A program made the translations under genes and the position numbers. A stretch of DNA of 61,631 nucleotides, the filler included, from Perkinsus olseni (lineage: Eukaryota), in the NCBI GenBank assembly GCA_013115125.1. It is 6 parts of 6 records of this genome, joined end to end, with 100 filler letters (N's around TTAATTAATTAA, not from the genome) between each part and the next. Parts side by side here need not be neighbours in the genome. Positions count along the whole stretch, not along the records: positions 30,992 to 41,192 come from JABANN010000895.1; positions 41,293 to 51,463 come from JABANN010000896.1; 4 more parts are not named here. One strand, written 5' to 3'. The notes below the pieces were generated by a model. That model searched no databases. It saw only the letters and a list, made by a program, of their open reading frames with translations, and was not told the DNA's origin. This document shows, piece after piece, positions 35,454 to 49,357 of the stretch (its first letter is position 1; each line of letters starts with the position of its first letter).

Positions 35454-37143
35454 CAGCAACACGGTGAGCTGGGTAGTCTAGAGTAGTGGATCCCGAAGCC
35501 GTTACTTGGATTGATACATCGATAACCCCACGCATCGCGTAGCATACACATGGACGATTCTAAGCACGGTGAGAGTAGAAAGGGAAGAAGAACGGGTTTG
35601 TCGGGCTTGTATGAGGTTGTTGTTGTTGTTGTTACTTCCAATATCCATTGACTATTAGTAGATATAACAGCAGATGCTTCATGTTGGCCTATCCAATTGT
35701 TATGTATAGCCCATTTAATAGCATCTTTGAATCCAGTTGATCCCCTCTCCTCCATCCCTTCACTAATCATTACCTAACCATCATGATGTTGGGCGAAAAG
35801 AATAAGTGTAAGACTAATATTACAATGTTTGGTAATCTATTAGTATTTCGTCGGCGTGAAGTGGTAGTATCAGCGGCATTGCCCTCTCCAGACCACTCTC
35901 TTCCTTCTTCTTCTTCTTGTTGATGATGATGATGCTGCGCTAGGATACTCTTGACTGCCAGTAGCTGTGCTCCTAGAGGACCTTTACAATCAGCTGACCC
36001 TCTGCCATACAGTCTCCCATTTACTCCATTAAACAAATAAGCATCATGAGATAATGCCGGTACCTACACGCGTGATACTCAAGAAGGAGAAGAAGACCAA
36101 GGGCGACTTGAAAGGGATAACTGATATTAGTGTTATTATTATTATTACCACATCATAATGACTGTATAATACAACGGTTGTTGCCAATGGATCCCATCCA
36201 AGACGTGCAATGATAACAGGATTAATAACAGTATGATGCTCATCGTGCTGATGGTAACCTACGTATACTGTGCAATCATCACAGAGCCATCACATTGTAA
36301 TCATCATCACTCTCACTTGAAGAGGCCCGCTCCCAATCAATAGTGGTGGAAGATTGACTACCATTCTCATTGTTGTGGTTGTTGTTGTTACCAATTAGGC
36401 GTACAGTAAAGCCGATATCCTCCATCTTGTGGGCAACATACTGGGCACATTTAAGGCATTCAGCATGCTCCAAGGTCTCCGAACCTGATACAATTATCAT
36501 GTGATGATGCTAGTAGTAGTGGTTGGTAACCCACGATATGATCCGCACTGTCTTATGAAATCTAAAAGCCAGCCTTCATCTGAAAGTGGTAGTAGTGGCA
36601 ATCCGCTATGTTGACGTGTTGGGAGGAAAGAGTGAGCTGCGGCTGCTGCTGCGGCTGCATTGTGTAATGATGTGGATGATGATGAGGTAGTGGTAGTAGT
36701 ATTGTTAGTATAATCATCCAGCAGGGATTGGCGTCTCCTGGTCCTCATCATAATCCAAGACGGGTGATGAGGAGGAAGGGATTCACCTACAAGGTACCAT
36801 AACAAGACTACGACTACCATGATGATGATGATGATGGTTCATTTCATCATGAAGGATGATGATAATATGTCTCGTTGATAGTACTAGTAGTATACTCATC
36901 ATACCTGTTGGGTCCTGTGGCTTTGATGATGATGTTGTGGGTGGTGGTGGTGGTGGAGTTAGATTGAATATTCTAACTCTAGCCCCACCAGCAATGGCCA
37001 GCGTATTGGGTAATAGAGGGCCAAGGGATAGTAACTATTACTATGAATAAGGATGATGATGGAGTAGTAGTTGTATGACTGATACCTTGGCTGGGAAGAA
37101 AGGGTCCTCATCACTACGGGTCCGAACATCCTCAACACTATAG

Positions 37144-37175
<32 letters not shown>

Positions 37176-37365
37176 ATTTTTATCCATCATCACCATCCTC
37201 CTCCTCATTGAAGGTGGTGGTGGTGGTGACGTGAGGTGCGGATTAGTAGGGTGGTGGCATATCCGTGATGATACAGCTACTAAACGGAGCTTCTCCGTGG
37301 AGGCTCCATCCAAACCCCATATTGATACGTGGGTAAGGGAGCTTGATATGAGGAGCATCTAAAAG

Positions 37366-37399
<34 letters not shown>

Positions 37400-37684
37400 G
37401 CAGCATACCACCTTATTAAACCATGATAAGCATTGACACTCTTCATCTTGAGCTTTATCTCCTACTTCATCAATGCAACCTTCTGCATCTTCTTCTTGCT
37501 CCTGTCCCCTTTTGATAGACGTCTTCACAACTGCCAGTGACAGTACTGCTGCTGTACTATAACTCCTGGTAGACTTCAACAGCTTGTGATGACGGGATAC
37601 TCTTCCTTTCTGTTCTTCTTCTTGGTTTCCGTGCCAGTGATACAAAGTTTGACGGCAACGCCATATCAATCGTTCTGGTGGCGC

Positions 37685-37734
<50 letters not shown>

Positions 37735-40700
37735 CTCGTCCACAAACCTTATCATCACGTCTGAGAGAGCTGAGGGTGATAGGAGGTTAACGTGATAGTG
37801 TAACACGATGGTGGCTGTGATGGGGGGAATGTGATAGTTATATAATTGATACGTGATTGATGACCATGATATCACAAGGATGGTATATACCGATATATAT
37901 CATTGCTAGGCTCTACACTCAGCATTTGCTATACCTAATCTAGTGACTAGGTTATCTACAGTTTAGACAAAGGGGTTAGCAGGGACAAAGATCATATTCA
38001 TACCTGCCGGCCGATGATGATGATGATGTTGATGGTAAGATTCTTCTACTCCATACTCTCACAGTTCCTGATAGGAAGATAAGGAAGTCTTACTTCTAAG
38101 TAGTCTTACTACTACTACCATCAGCACTCCCTGAGTACACCTCTCCAGAATAGCCTGCTGCTAGACAGAATACAGCACCTGTAATGGATGACTCCTGTAA
38201 TAGTATCACTTCTCAGCTACTACCTCTGTGTCCAAGGAGAGGGACTACCTCTTGACTACCAGTAGCGTTATTGAGGTGTAGAGGCCACCAGAGCAGTTGA
38301 CCATCACCACTGCCAGATAATAGACCAGTATCATGAGGTAATAGACATGACCTGAGAGCACCATGAATGGTCACTATCATCATTATACTCGATGATGTAT
38401 GAAGTAATACTACACTGGACCGTAATGTTGCCGTGTTGTGGTGGTTGGCATCATCATCGTTGTTGATGATGATGATCTTAGCATGGTTACACAGGCTCTA
38501 CTAGCCTCTTGTATACGGGCTTTCTTCTTATTGCCTCTCACTATCTTCGGTCTCTTGCTCTTCATTGATGACGACGACGTTATACCACTGTCAGATAAGG
38601 ATGCTTGTTGTTGTTGATGACGATTGTTGCCTGATGATGATGATAATGGCGTGTTGGTAATTTGATCGTGAGTAGATAATGATACAGTACTGTTATACCT
38701 GCTAGTGCTGCTGCTGTTGCTGTTGCTTCATCATCATCAACAACAACAACAGCCGTTACATCATCACTAACACCTTCATCATCAGTAGCCGTAGTATCTT
38801 TGTGAGGTGTGCAAGTATCGGATGGTAGATCCAAATCTGAATAATGATAAGACGAGAAGAAGTGAGAGTATTATGATAATACAGTATGGTGATATCACCA
38901 ATCTTCAAGAATTTAATGGTCTTCGATTTAGTTCGTATTGATCCAAATGACTTAATGAAAGAGAGGACGTCTATTCTCACCTACAGCAACACTTATCATC
39001 AATGTGATGATTATGATGATGACTATGTTGGTAGTATTATTATTACTATGGAGGTATTATTAAACCCTGCATAGAGGTGACCAGTATGTCCATTGACAGC
39101 TAATGATAGTAAACGTCCTGGATTAGGATTGAACTGCATAAGAAGGATGTATTATAGCATCATCATCATACTACTATTAGTAATGCTTGGTGGCCTACTT
39201 TAATACAGTAAAGGCAAGGTGTGCTTGTTGTTGTTGTTGTTGTTGTTGATGGTGGTGGTGGTGGTGGTGGAGGGTGCTGGTGGTCATGCACTGCACCTAG
39301 AGTCCGTATTGATACTATCATCATAACTACTACTTATGTTAGTGATGTCCCTGCTGTTGATACTACTGTTATTAAATTGTTCATGTTGGTCGTTGTCATC
39401 GTCCTCCTGTGAGAATTGTCGTTGTTGTACTCTACGACGATTGGTTATAATACTAGACCATATGGTCACATCCCATATACGAAGCTCGTTATCACCACCA
39501 GTAAATAGGAGATAACGATACTCAGTATCAGTATCAGCATCACGAGTAGTAGCAGTATTAACATTACAACTGCTACGCACTTGTTGTGTGGTTCTTATGG
39601 TTGTCATACTTGCCATGCTAACTACTGGACTTAGTTGTGTTCTCATATCCAATAGTTGCCAGTAGTTAGTATCATAGAATCTTATATGGCCATCTTGAAA
39701 TCCTACAACAAGTATTAATACTGATGATGGGGGTGATGTTGTTGGCGTTGATTTAATAACCTCCATCTGAAGGTATGATAAATGTATGATTATGATGATG
39801 GTACAATGAGTATTATTATTATTACACTGCATATAGTATTATTGAGTGGTGAGGCGCTATCAGCAGTAGGCAGGGCAGCATGTGATGATGGACTGCACAG
39901 ATGAAGCCCTCCGACGTGTGATGATGATGATGATAATGATGCCTTTATCTCCATTAAAGGGTCGTCCAAACCTATATGTAGCGGAGTTGTTGATGTATCA
40001 TGAACACTATTTGAGGTAACAGGCTGGCGAGCATAATCATCAAGCATATCATCATACCCATTCATATTCTGGGTTGATAGAGATGCTGAAAGAAAGAAGG
40101 TTGTTAATATGCAGCTATAATAGGTGTGGTGTTAGCTGTGTCATCCACTACCTATGATGTGCCTTAGATTACTTGGCCCAGTATCGTGTACCGGACGTGA
40201 TGTATGATGGTAAGAAGCACCGATGTCGAGGCCAAATGCTGATGATGATGATGGTGATGATGATATCTTATTAGTATTATCATCAACATTATCAGCAGTA
40301 TCTTTCCTCGATGGTATACTCTGTTTTGTAGAGACTGCTCCTGCTGGGTAGGATGTGCACTCTAATGGTGCCAAGAGAACTGTAACGGTATCAGAAGTAT
40401 TAGGAGATGTTATCAACCTAAAGGATCGACACTAATAACAAGACCAAGTATCTTGCTCTCCTTGTCATTGTTATTACACTAATGTATGGTTATGTGGTAC
40501 TGGAGTCCATTCATCATGTATTGTATTCAATGGCTCTGATGATACTATAGCAACCTTTGGTCTCGGATCAGTATGAACCTTCATATACCACTAGTAGTAG
40601 CGCTTGGTGTGGTATCGACTGCTAACCACATTACCATATGATAGTTATCATTGATCCCTTTCTTGCCACCACCACCACGCTGTTGTTGTTGTTGATTATT

Positions 40701-41100
40701 ATTATCGTCGTCATGTCCCGGAAAGTAAGTCCATCTAGAGCCACTTATATAATACAAAGAGCAAGATGCTACTACTTCCCCTTCTCTACCTAAAACAACA
40801 ACAACACGATAACATCATTATCATCACTTCTTATACACTAATATTACCCCAGGCATATCTAGTGGCTATTATTGTACGACCATCTGATACGAGGAAATTA
40901 GCCAGACTGCAGGGCAGTCGTGAAGGGTTGTCTTTGAATGCCACTTCACATTCATGACGTATCTTTAATACCTTACACGAACAACAACAGTAACAAGAGC
41001 CCGGGTGTCGTACGACGAGCAGGTGGTGATCATTATTACTGTTATTTCCATAGCTCTTGTTAATGCATCGGCATCATATATGGCCCTCTCATAACTGGCA
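34038..41100 (-). CDS. WD40 + M20A peptidase-domain protein (Dug2-like architecture), multi-exon
   Basis: M20 motifs LYSHYDV, LYGRGSADCKGP, EGMEERGS, ISTNSQW, HGGVASEP, IRFVPNQ and REGGS (34038-36500). WD40 pieces VGFQDGHIRFYD, LFTGGDNELRIWD, LLSGSGDGQLLWW and GTVRVW lie upstream on the same strand. A single-gene link is inferred. Confidence 0.7.
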
Positions 41101-41122
41101 GCACGACAGATGACGATACCAC

Positions 41123-41192
<70 letters not shown>
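41123..41192 (+). repeat. (GTT)n microsatellite at contig end
   Basis: Perfect GTT run up to the gap. Confidence 0.97.
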
Positions 41193-41292
41193 NNNNNNNN
41201 NNNNNNNNNNNNNNNNNNNNNNNNNNNNNNNNNNNNTTAATTAATTAANNNNNNNNNNNNNNNNNNNNNNNNNNNNNNNNNNNNNNNNNNNN
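41193..41292. other. Artificial contig spacer
   Basis: N44-TTAATTAATTAA-N44. Confidence 0.98.
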
Positions 41293-41530
41293 CGCTCGCC
41301 CGAAACGACAACATCATCTCCTGTGCGCTGCTATTTCACCTTCCGTACCTAAACGGTACTCCTCAATCCAGTTCCCAGAATAAACAATGGGACTCCTGTT
41401 AGTAAACAGGGAAGTGATGAGCCCGCCCAAGTAGGCTACAACTCCAGTACGTGCCTCGACGGAGAAGGACGAACAGTCCAGGCGACGCACACGACTCCCG
41501 AGGTCGACAGGAAAAAAGGCGGGCGAACGG

Positions 41531-42199
41531 ATGCTCGAAATTCTCGAAAATGTTGTCAAATTTTCCGGCGCTCCCGGAGAGGACGTCGAAGAATGGCTCA
41601 GCAAACTGGATCTGATTTCCGGTCCAGAATGCCTCAATCTCAACTATCACGATCGAGCACTGCTCCTGCGCCTTTCAGCCACTGGCGATGCATACCAAAC
41701 CGTGCTGATGGTTCAACCGGATGATCCGAAGACCGATCCACAGCAAAGGGGTTACTTAGCACGCCTTCGCGCCCAACTACGGAGCAGGTTTGGTAACAGC
41801 CCCGACCAGGCCATCAACCAGCTGTGTAGCATCAGCCTCGCCAACTACAGGGCCATCGACGACTACGCTGCTGCTATCACTCGGCTGGTGATCCAGGCCA
41901 GCCCAAAGACTGATGGAGCGTGCCAAGATGAATGGGAGAAGATGTTCTTCTGTCGTGGATTGCCCCGCAGCACGAGTGTTGCCATCAAGGCGTCTCGCCT
42001 GGACGATACTTCGACGTTCGAGGAAGTCGTGGACGAGGCTAGGCTCTACTTCGATACCCCCCCCCGGAGGACGTTACTACTGGTCCAGGTCACCCAGCAT
42101 TGCGCTAGGAACCGTTTCATTGGTATTCATCAACTACTTGATACTTTCCACAACTTCCCTAACACTTCTTCCAAGAATCTTTCGTCTGCGTTGCGTTAG
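41531..42199 (+). mobile_element. Gag-like ORF of a degenerate LTR retrotransposon
   Basis: KFSGAPGEDVEEWL...LRSRFG...IDDYA...FCRGLP...TFEEVVDEAR, a retrotransposon capsid pattern. No intact pol follows. Confidence 0.7.
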
Positions 42200-43423
42200 G
42201 TCATGGAAATACATACCCAAACAATCCGTGGCTATCGTCGGGCTACCACGACTCTATTATTATCTTCCTTCAAAAATAAATAAAAATGTCAACCAAATTC
42301 AACCCTCCAGCGGCCCTTTGGATAACGACTGCAGCGCCGTACCAACCATCAGAGGCCACTACCACGGAGGACAGTTCATCGAAGCGTCGGCGAGAACAGC
42401 GCAGACCCCGTCTTACTTGTATATGCTGGGCGGCCCAAATTGCCTGATGAACCGTTTGCTGGTCGATTTTGGACCGAAGCCTTGAGGGTCCACTGGAGCT
42501 CCTACCCGGCACTTGGGCACTCGTTGAGATTGCAGTAGCAAGAAGTCATTCATTGCCGGCTGAAGACACAGCGGCCGTCGTGAACGCTATTTTGCACAAT
42601 TCCCCGACCACTGGTGGATCTCTATCGATAGACTGTCGCTGCTATCAGTGCAACGCGCTGTGCGCAGGACAGAGTATGAAAGCCATCGTGCTGCAGCTAG
42701 TCTACACAGTGCGAATGACGAAAAATGATAAGTCAAATGTGACGAGAACCACCGTGAGAGAATGAGAAGTGAGGTTGTATTATTGAACTGAACCGTGGTT
42801 AGTTGAGATCTTCCTACCTCCCATGGCATCGCCCCCGACAGCTCCTCCAACCGTGCACTAGACAGCGGAACTGTGTGGATATGATCCGCCCTTCTGTACG
42901 CTGATGGCGATGACGGCCGCGGATGCCTGTGAAAGACGCGGCAGGACGGGTCGATCCGGGCGGACAATTCTCGCTCGCCACGAAATTGCGGCACGACCAC
43001 GTCAGTGGTAAGATGATTTGACGAGCGATTGGCGCGCGCTACGAAAATAGGGAACCATACGACTTCGAGTTCAGCCGGATAGATGAGGCTTCTCGGCTCT
43101 CTTACCTCCACTCTACCCGTCTTCTATCACTCGCACGCTGAGCAGCCGCTAGACGTTCCTTAAGACTCGGCATCCCTTGGTTCACTGAAGTGCAGGCTCC
43201 AATGCAATCGACCCGGGTTCGACCCCAGCGCCCTACTTCTGCCTAGGTCGAGCGTGTTGCTCAGACACTCTCGACTGGCTGCAGCCTTGCTGGAGGGGTC
43301 GGCAGAGACTAGATCATCCGCACCCGCCGAAGCGAAAGAGTAGATACCTCGAGTGAACTGAGAAGAGCTGACGCTGCCTCCTGCTGTAATGCAGCCCTCG
43401 AGTTGTGGAGTCGCAATCATATA

Positions 43424-43496
43424 GCCTCGGTAGCTCAGTCGGTAGAGCGCGTGCCTTTTAAGCCCGTGGTCGTGGGTTCGAGCCTCGCCCGAGGTG
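43424..43496 (+). tRNA. tRNA-Lys(UUU), possibly a pseudogene
   Basis: GCCTCGG TA GCTCAGTCGGTAGAGC G CGTGC CTTTTAA GCCCG TGGTC GTGGG TTCGAGC CTCGC CCGAGGT G, followed by TTTT. It has one T:C mismatch in the anticodon stem and two G:T pairs in the T stem. Confidence 0.85.
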
Positions 43497-46400
43497 TTTT
43501 AACCTTTCTTACATCATTCCGTAGCCGCTTTTGCTCCTTCGTCACCACCGAATTGTAAGTCTGGATCGAATAGTTGAACGGGCCACTCGCACCGTCATAC
43601 GTCCGTCTACTCTGCAGTGCCCTTCTAATAGACTCTGGTAACCGCAGACCACCATCACTACCCTCGACGGCAACCAAAGGGGTATCCCACCTTCAAGGGC
43701 GTTGGACTCATTCTTCCTCTCCATCTTTCCTTTCCTTCGACGCCTTTCACGCAGAACCTGATGGTGTCACTTCCTCACTAACCAATTCACATAAATCCAG
43801 TGGCAAAACAACAAATGAAACTGCCAACTTGCTGATTCAAAGCGACTGCCGGTAGCGCAAAATCGCTATCACGACCTACGAGCCTCACCTGCTCAAAAGA
43901 GGAGTTCGAAGACTCGACACCGCCAGGGCGCTCTTGCGTCCCAAACTCCTCTCCCTACATAACCAACACCATACGTCACCAACGACACTCACTTCAACTT
44001 ACTACTGCAGTACTCTCCTCAGCTCCCCCTTCACGTTGTGATCCCTCCTCTGTACGTGGCGATGACGCTGCTGTCGTTACCGAGTTGGACCGGCCTACAC
44101 GAAAAAATAGGGCGTGAAGAAATAAAGGATTAGACACGGTGCGCACACCACCACCACCACCACCACCAACTAGGAGGGTCGCGAAATACATACCAAAACT
44201 TTCACAACAATCAATACATACCACAACATGCGATACTAGCATATAAACTTTAGACATACCATGACAACCAACTCCGCCGCCACAACCGCCCCAACCCACC
44301 CATCCGCCTCTTGCTCGCCCGATCCTCCTCATCACCAACGCATCCCCCCAGCAGTTCACTATCCGACACGAAGTCTCCGTACCTAGAACAGCCCATACCG
44401 CCACCACTGGGAACACGCCCTACTTCGTGTGAATATCGTCCAAAGCCTCCACCGTAGGCCACATGGATCGCATCGTCTTCAAATGCCAAATGCTGCGGCA
44501 CAACTGCAACTCCCCCAACCTCGAAAGGGAGTCATCGCCGCAGTCCACTCGCGCAACTGCAGATATCAATGACGAAGATCATGCAGTCTGATGAGCTCAC
44601 TCAGAAGATTCCTCAGTGCCCTCCGCAACTTCACCACGTACAAGCGCAGAGGGAGGGCGGCATAGAGACGCTCCGTCCAACGACACTGCGGATGGTACCT
44701 GAAGACCACAGGCGATCGACATGAACAGCACCGGCTGCCCAGGAGACTGCATCAGATCCATTCTCAGGAGATGATACGTAACTGAACCCCCCACAAAATA
44801 AGGGAGAACTCATTTATTTCATTTCTCTGCTATTACTGCGACTGAGGTAGTGAGGATTCCGGTGTGAGACTATCACTTATCGAGAAACAGAAGTGCATCA
44901 GAGTCGATTCAGTATTCGTTCGCCCTTGTAGAATCTCTGCAGCGGCATGCAAATCTTTACTTATGACAATGTTCCTGCGGCGGACACATCATTTCATATG
45001 TATCCTTCTGCGCCGTTCCCAGCTAATACGTGATGGGCACGTGATACACGATGCGTGGTCCAGTCTGATCGTACTAATGATAAGAAAAAGACAATCATTG
45101 CGGTTCGACACACTGTCTCTCCAGTTGTGCCAGTGAGTCTCACACAGTAAGTCTGGACAGCCCTACACTGACTTTTATTAGCCCGATCGAAAGGTTGCTG
45201 TTAGAGGAATAGAAAATGATGAGAAAAGAAACCCCAAAAATACTAGAAAATATTGTATGAGTGCAACCCCAATCGAAGATTCACTCACAGTGCTCTGCCG
45301 TGTTTTTGAATGCTCGTCTGAGTAGACACGAACTGGTACAGATCGGCCGCTACAGAAGGAGGGCATTCAAAGCACCAAATCCGCTGCTTCTTATCCATAA
45401 CCTGAACTCATAACCAAATTTTCCACTCGCGAAACGCTTCGCTCCGCTCACCAGCCACCCCGTCAGAAGCTGCTTCCTCTGCTCCTCAGTGACCTCCACC
45501 AGACGCGACAAAGTCCCTCCCATCACCCGCTTGTTGTAATCGTCCATGTACTTCACCAACGCCCTGCGAGAAGCGCTGTTGGTCCGCCACTGATGCCGCT
45601 GCTGCTGCTTTACCTCGAGCCGGCCTTCGCTGCCTTGTAGCCGTATATCAAACCTGAGGACGATATGTTCCAGCAGCTACCTCCTGGATACCATGCATGC
45701 TTCAACCTAAGATATCATTCAACGGGGTGCCCCACAATCTCAACGACAACCTCATCCCCGATTGGAGAAGGTCAGATGACGTTGTTTTGGTTCTCCCCTT
45801 GAAGGAGATTTATGCAATTCTGTCGGTTTAGATAATACTACTGCTGCACGGTTCGCGGATGATACTTGGTCTTTGCATCAATAGCCTTTCCCCCTGTCCG
45901 TTACGTAAAACGGGTTCGGTCAGTACAGCGCAAAAAATGAGCAACCCCAGCAGCCCCTCCCGAGACCCACACAGTCGGGAGACTCCTCCCCCATCATCCG
46001 CCTCAATCTGTCCTTCCGGTACAGCTGGCCCATCCCTGGCTACTCCCCTCACCGGCAATGCTGTACGGACGCTGTACCGTACACTAGACCCTACGATGAG
46101 GCACTTATCAGACGACACTGAGCCACCCTCGCCTCACCATGCTCCAGCCAAGGTATCAATGGCAATCTCCTTGGTCTCTCACTCAGGGAACTCGGCTCAT
46201 TCGAGAGTATCTTTGTGCAGTCTAACTCGCCTGAGTGACCCGAAAGATACTCCCTCGCCGCCTGGCCAATCAATCCAGGTTTCACCTCCGCCACCAGCCG
46301 CAGTAGCCTTTCGAGCAGCATCCTTAGGCGGAATGATATCCGCCACTCCACTACTCTCAACTAACAAACAGTACCCCATCAACAATATATACAGCGTTAA

Positions 46401-47391
46401 GGAATTGCAAGATTGCAAGATCGTTATATCTCCACTCTCGATCCTCTCGCACCAGCGGCGGTTCGAGAGCTGCCTACGTCTCCTCACCCGCAACGAAGGA
46501 CCAAGAGCCACCGTCGCTCCCCTCCAACCAGCAGCAGCCCACCCGATTTAAAGGATAATAGCAACCCAAGTTTACGAGAGCCAACATCACCCCCGAGCAG
46601 ACCTACGGACTCACCAGTGTCGGGCCTCAGGAGATCCAGTGTAGAGAGGAGGGCAGTGCCTGAGATGGCCTGCTATCAAGTCAGCGTAAGCTCTCCCAAT
46701 CACAGAAACGCAACCATGTCGTCTCGAGGTCTTACCGGCGATGACTTCCTCCTGGTCGCCCAGAAGGAGTTGTAGGGTGGGGGCGGTCGTCGCCTCTCGA
46801 CAAGCTTCCCAATAATGGCGAGTGTGATATACCCCAGGAAAGAACCTGCCAAAGCCCATCTTCAACCTAAGATACTCCCTCATAGCATCGCATTACGCAA
46901 ACTGCAGAGGATATTCCGAATTAGAAGACACCGGTGTCGCTGGGAAGCCACAAAAAGCTACCCTAACCTTCAGCCTCTCCGATACCTGACAGACACTTCC
47001 ACCAGCCACAGGACGGTCGAGACTTCCACGTCACCTCCGGTGGGATGCGCTTGAGCGCGGACGTCCGGACGACCATCGGCCGAAGGGCATCGAGGAGCTC
47101 ACTGGAGAGGACCGGTGCGTCTTCCGCTGCAACTCCGACGGTAGCTAGAATAGACGACTGCAGGGATCGAACCTCTGCGGGTTGGCCGATCAATAGAGAC
47201 GCCAGGTGCACTGGCACTGAAAAAGGAACTGTCTCACCGGTGATCGCCTCGAGCCCGCCGCGCTCGCAACCCCGCCTCTCGAGAGGTCGAAAGGCCATAG
47301 GGCAGCCTACCACGCTCCGACGTCTTCTCAACATCCGTTGGCGTCCCTTCACCATCCTGCGAAGTACGAGTATCTAAATGAGGGAAAATAT

Positions 47392-47457
47392 ACCTTACGG
47401 GGATCGAACCCGGGTCGCTACCAGTAATGTCAACCCACATAACCGCACTCGCAAGAT
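47392..47457 (-). pseudogene. Degenerate tRNA-like element
   Basis: 7-bp acceptor-like stem ATCTTGC/GTAAGGT, B-box GACCCGGGTTCGATCCCCG and downstream TTTT. D and anticodon arms are not recognisable. Confidence 0.35.
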
Positions 47458-49357
47458 TCTTGGCTGCATCAAGATCAACTTTAACAGGGAACTCCTTCTC
47501 CCAGTAGCGTCCACCTGAAAAAGGCGTCAGAGGCTCCTCCCCTCGTCACAGCCTGCCATCCACCACCACCACCACTAGACCCTCTAGATATTTATCCATC
47601 AAATCTTCTATGACAGAGTAAATGACCGATAAAGCAGCGTCAAACAAATCGTCCAGAGATCACAAACTCACGATCTAATTACCCTCGCTCCGATATTCGC
47701 ACTGTCACTGTCAGTGACTCACTGATTCAGACCAGTCCTGGACCATTTTCCCGACCAGACAGTATGACAGAGCAGTGGGGTAGAACTTCTATCATACCGT
47801 TGCCCGTATCTTTAGCCTGCGTTACTAATACCATTTCATCGCATCACTCGCTCGCCATTCCCATACTCGAGTACGAGTATTGAGACGATTTCTAGTCGAA
47901 ATCGCATGCTCCGTCTGGTACTCGGCACCCAGAAGAAAACTCCCAAGCGTCCCAAAGGAGCAGAACCTAGCGCTATGCATTCCACGACTCACCTTCGCCC
48001 TCGGTCCACTCAGTCAGTGCATCTCCGCAGTCTATGCTCGTATGCCCCTCGGAATCCAAATTCGGCCATTCTATAGAGACCGTTAGCTGACGGCGTTCCT
48101 CCCGCTCATCGTCATCTAAAGGCCTCCGTCAACCCTACGCCACCACCGACAGAATCTCACCCGTTCTACCCTCGTCAACTTCTACCGCCGTGCTCAGTCG
48201 GACTTTCACCGTAGCGGTACCTGAAGGCGCTCACTGAGCACTCCTATGCACAACGTACACAGTAACAAGAGTCATAGACTAGTAATTGTGAGAGACGCAA
48301 CTCAACCCTAACCCAGACGGCAATAGTGGAACCCGGAATAAATTTCCCATCCCATCCTCCGCACTACCCGGAGTCAACTTTCGCAGAGCTTCCTCAGTCC
48401 ATTCCTCTCCATCATCTCGCCGTCGTCTCGGGACGCTCGCCCAATTCCGCACAGGATCGAATCCCCCCGACGGCAATTCTATATTATTATCCTTCATACT
48501 GTCAGACTTCCTCAACCATTACCAATTGAAAGTGCTGAAGTTGACGCTTTCAAGATCCTCGGAATTCAGCCGGGCTACGACGGCACGCTTTTCCCAGACA
48601 GCGAGAAGCACTGCCGCGGTCTGACAGTATACACCGGCCCAACCCTTCAACCTCATGCTAAGGACCCGTCCCACCAGCCAAGAAGTTCTATTACATACGG
48701 CAAGATTTGTCACGTCTCTGCCGTCTATCACAGACTGACCTATCCTGTGCTATGGACCACCTGTGGCGATAGAACGACCCATCCCATTGAAGACGCAACA
48801 AACCCAGAGAGCATGCACATGGTTTCAATCATGCAGATCACCAATTCCATCAGCTCATTGCGTCACGTCCCTGCACGGTCCAACCCTTCGACAAATCACC
48901 AACTCTTCAGGAGTACTCATCAACTCGAGCACCATCGAGATCGGGGAAGTTGACCCTCCTTGACCGGCGACTTCCATTTTCATCCACACCTTCCAGTTCG
49001 TCCTCGCTGCCTTCGCAATCCTCAACTCTCTCATCGTCGCGCCTGAGTACAAACATTCAACCTCCACCGCCCACGCCCAGCACCGTATCCAGAGCTTCAT
49101 AGCAAGCTACGCAGTGAGATATTAGAACGGCTACTGCGGAAGACCCGGAAGTACTTCATCGAATGGCCGATAACACCGTAAACCCCCGGAAAAAATTTTT
49201 CCTGATATTTTTCCCCTCCCCTCCTACTCTCGCTCGACGCAGTTCGACCCAGAAGATGACCAAAAGGAGGACAGATACGAGAGCGCACTGGAGAAGCTCC
49301 TGATAAAATCGCGGACAAATCTCCCGTCCGACGTGTAATATAAAAACAGATGGCAGC

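Noticed and set aside
43518-43539. TCCGTAGCCGCTTTTGCTCCTT, resembling the dinoflagellate/Perkinsus spliced leader, just downstream of tRNA-Lys
   Set aside because: Only about 16/22 identity, lacking the terminal AAG and a GT donor, so it cannot be supported as an SL RNA gene or relic.
43574-44500. LLIDSG protease-like and TATTGNTPYF integrase-like fragments
   Set aside because: Too short and degenerate to assign by eye to the upstream gag remnant.
45859-47440. Overlapping 100-230 aa ORFs on both strands
   Set aside because: Low-complexity S/P-rich translations with no recognisable motifs or consistent exon structure.
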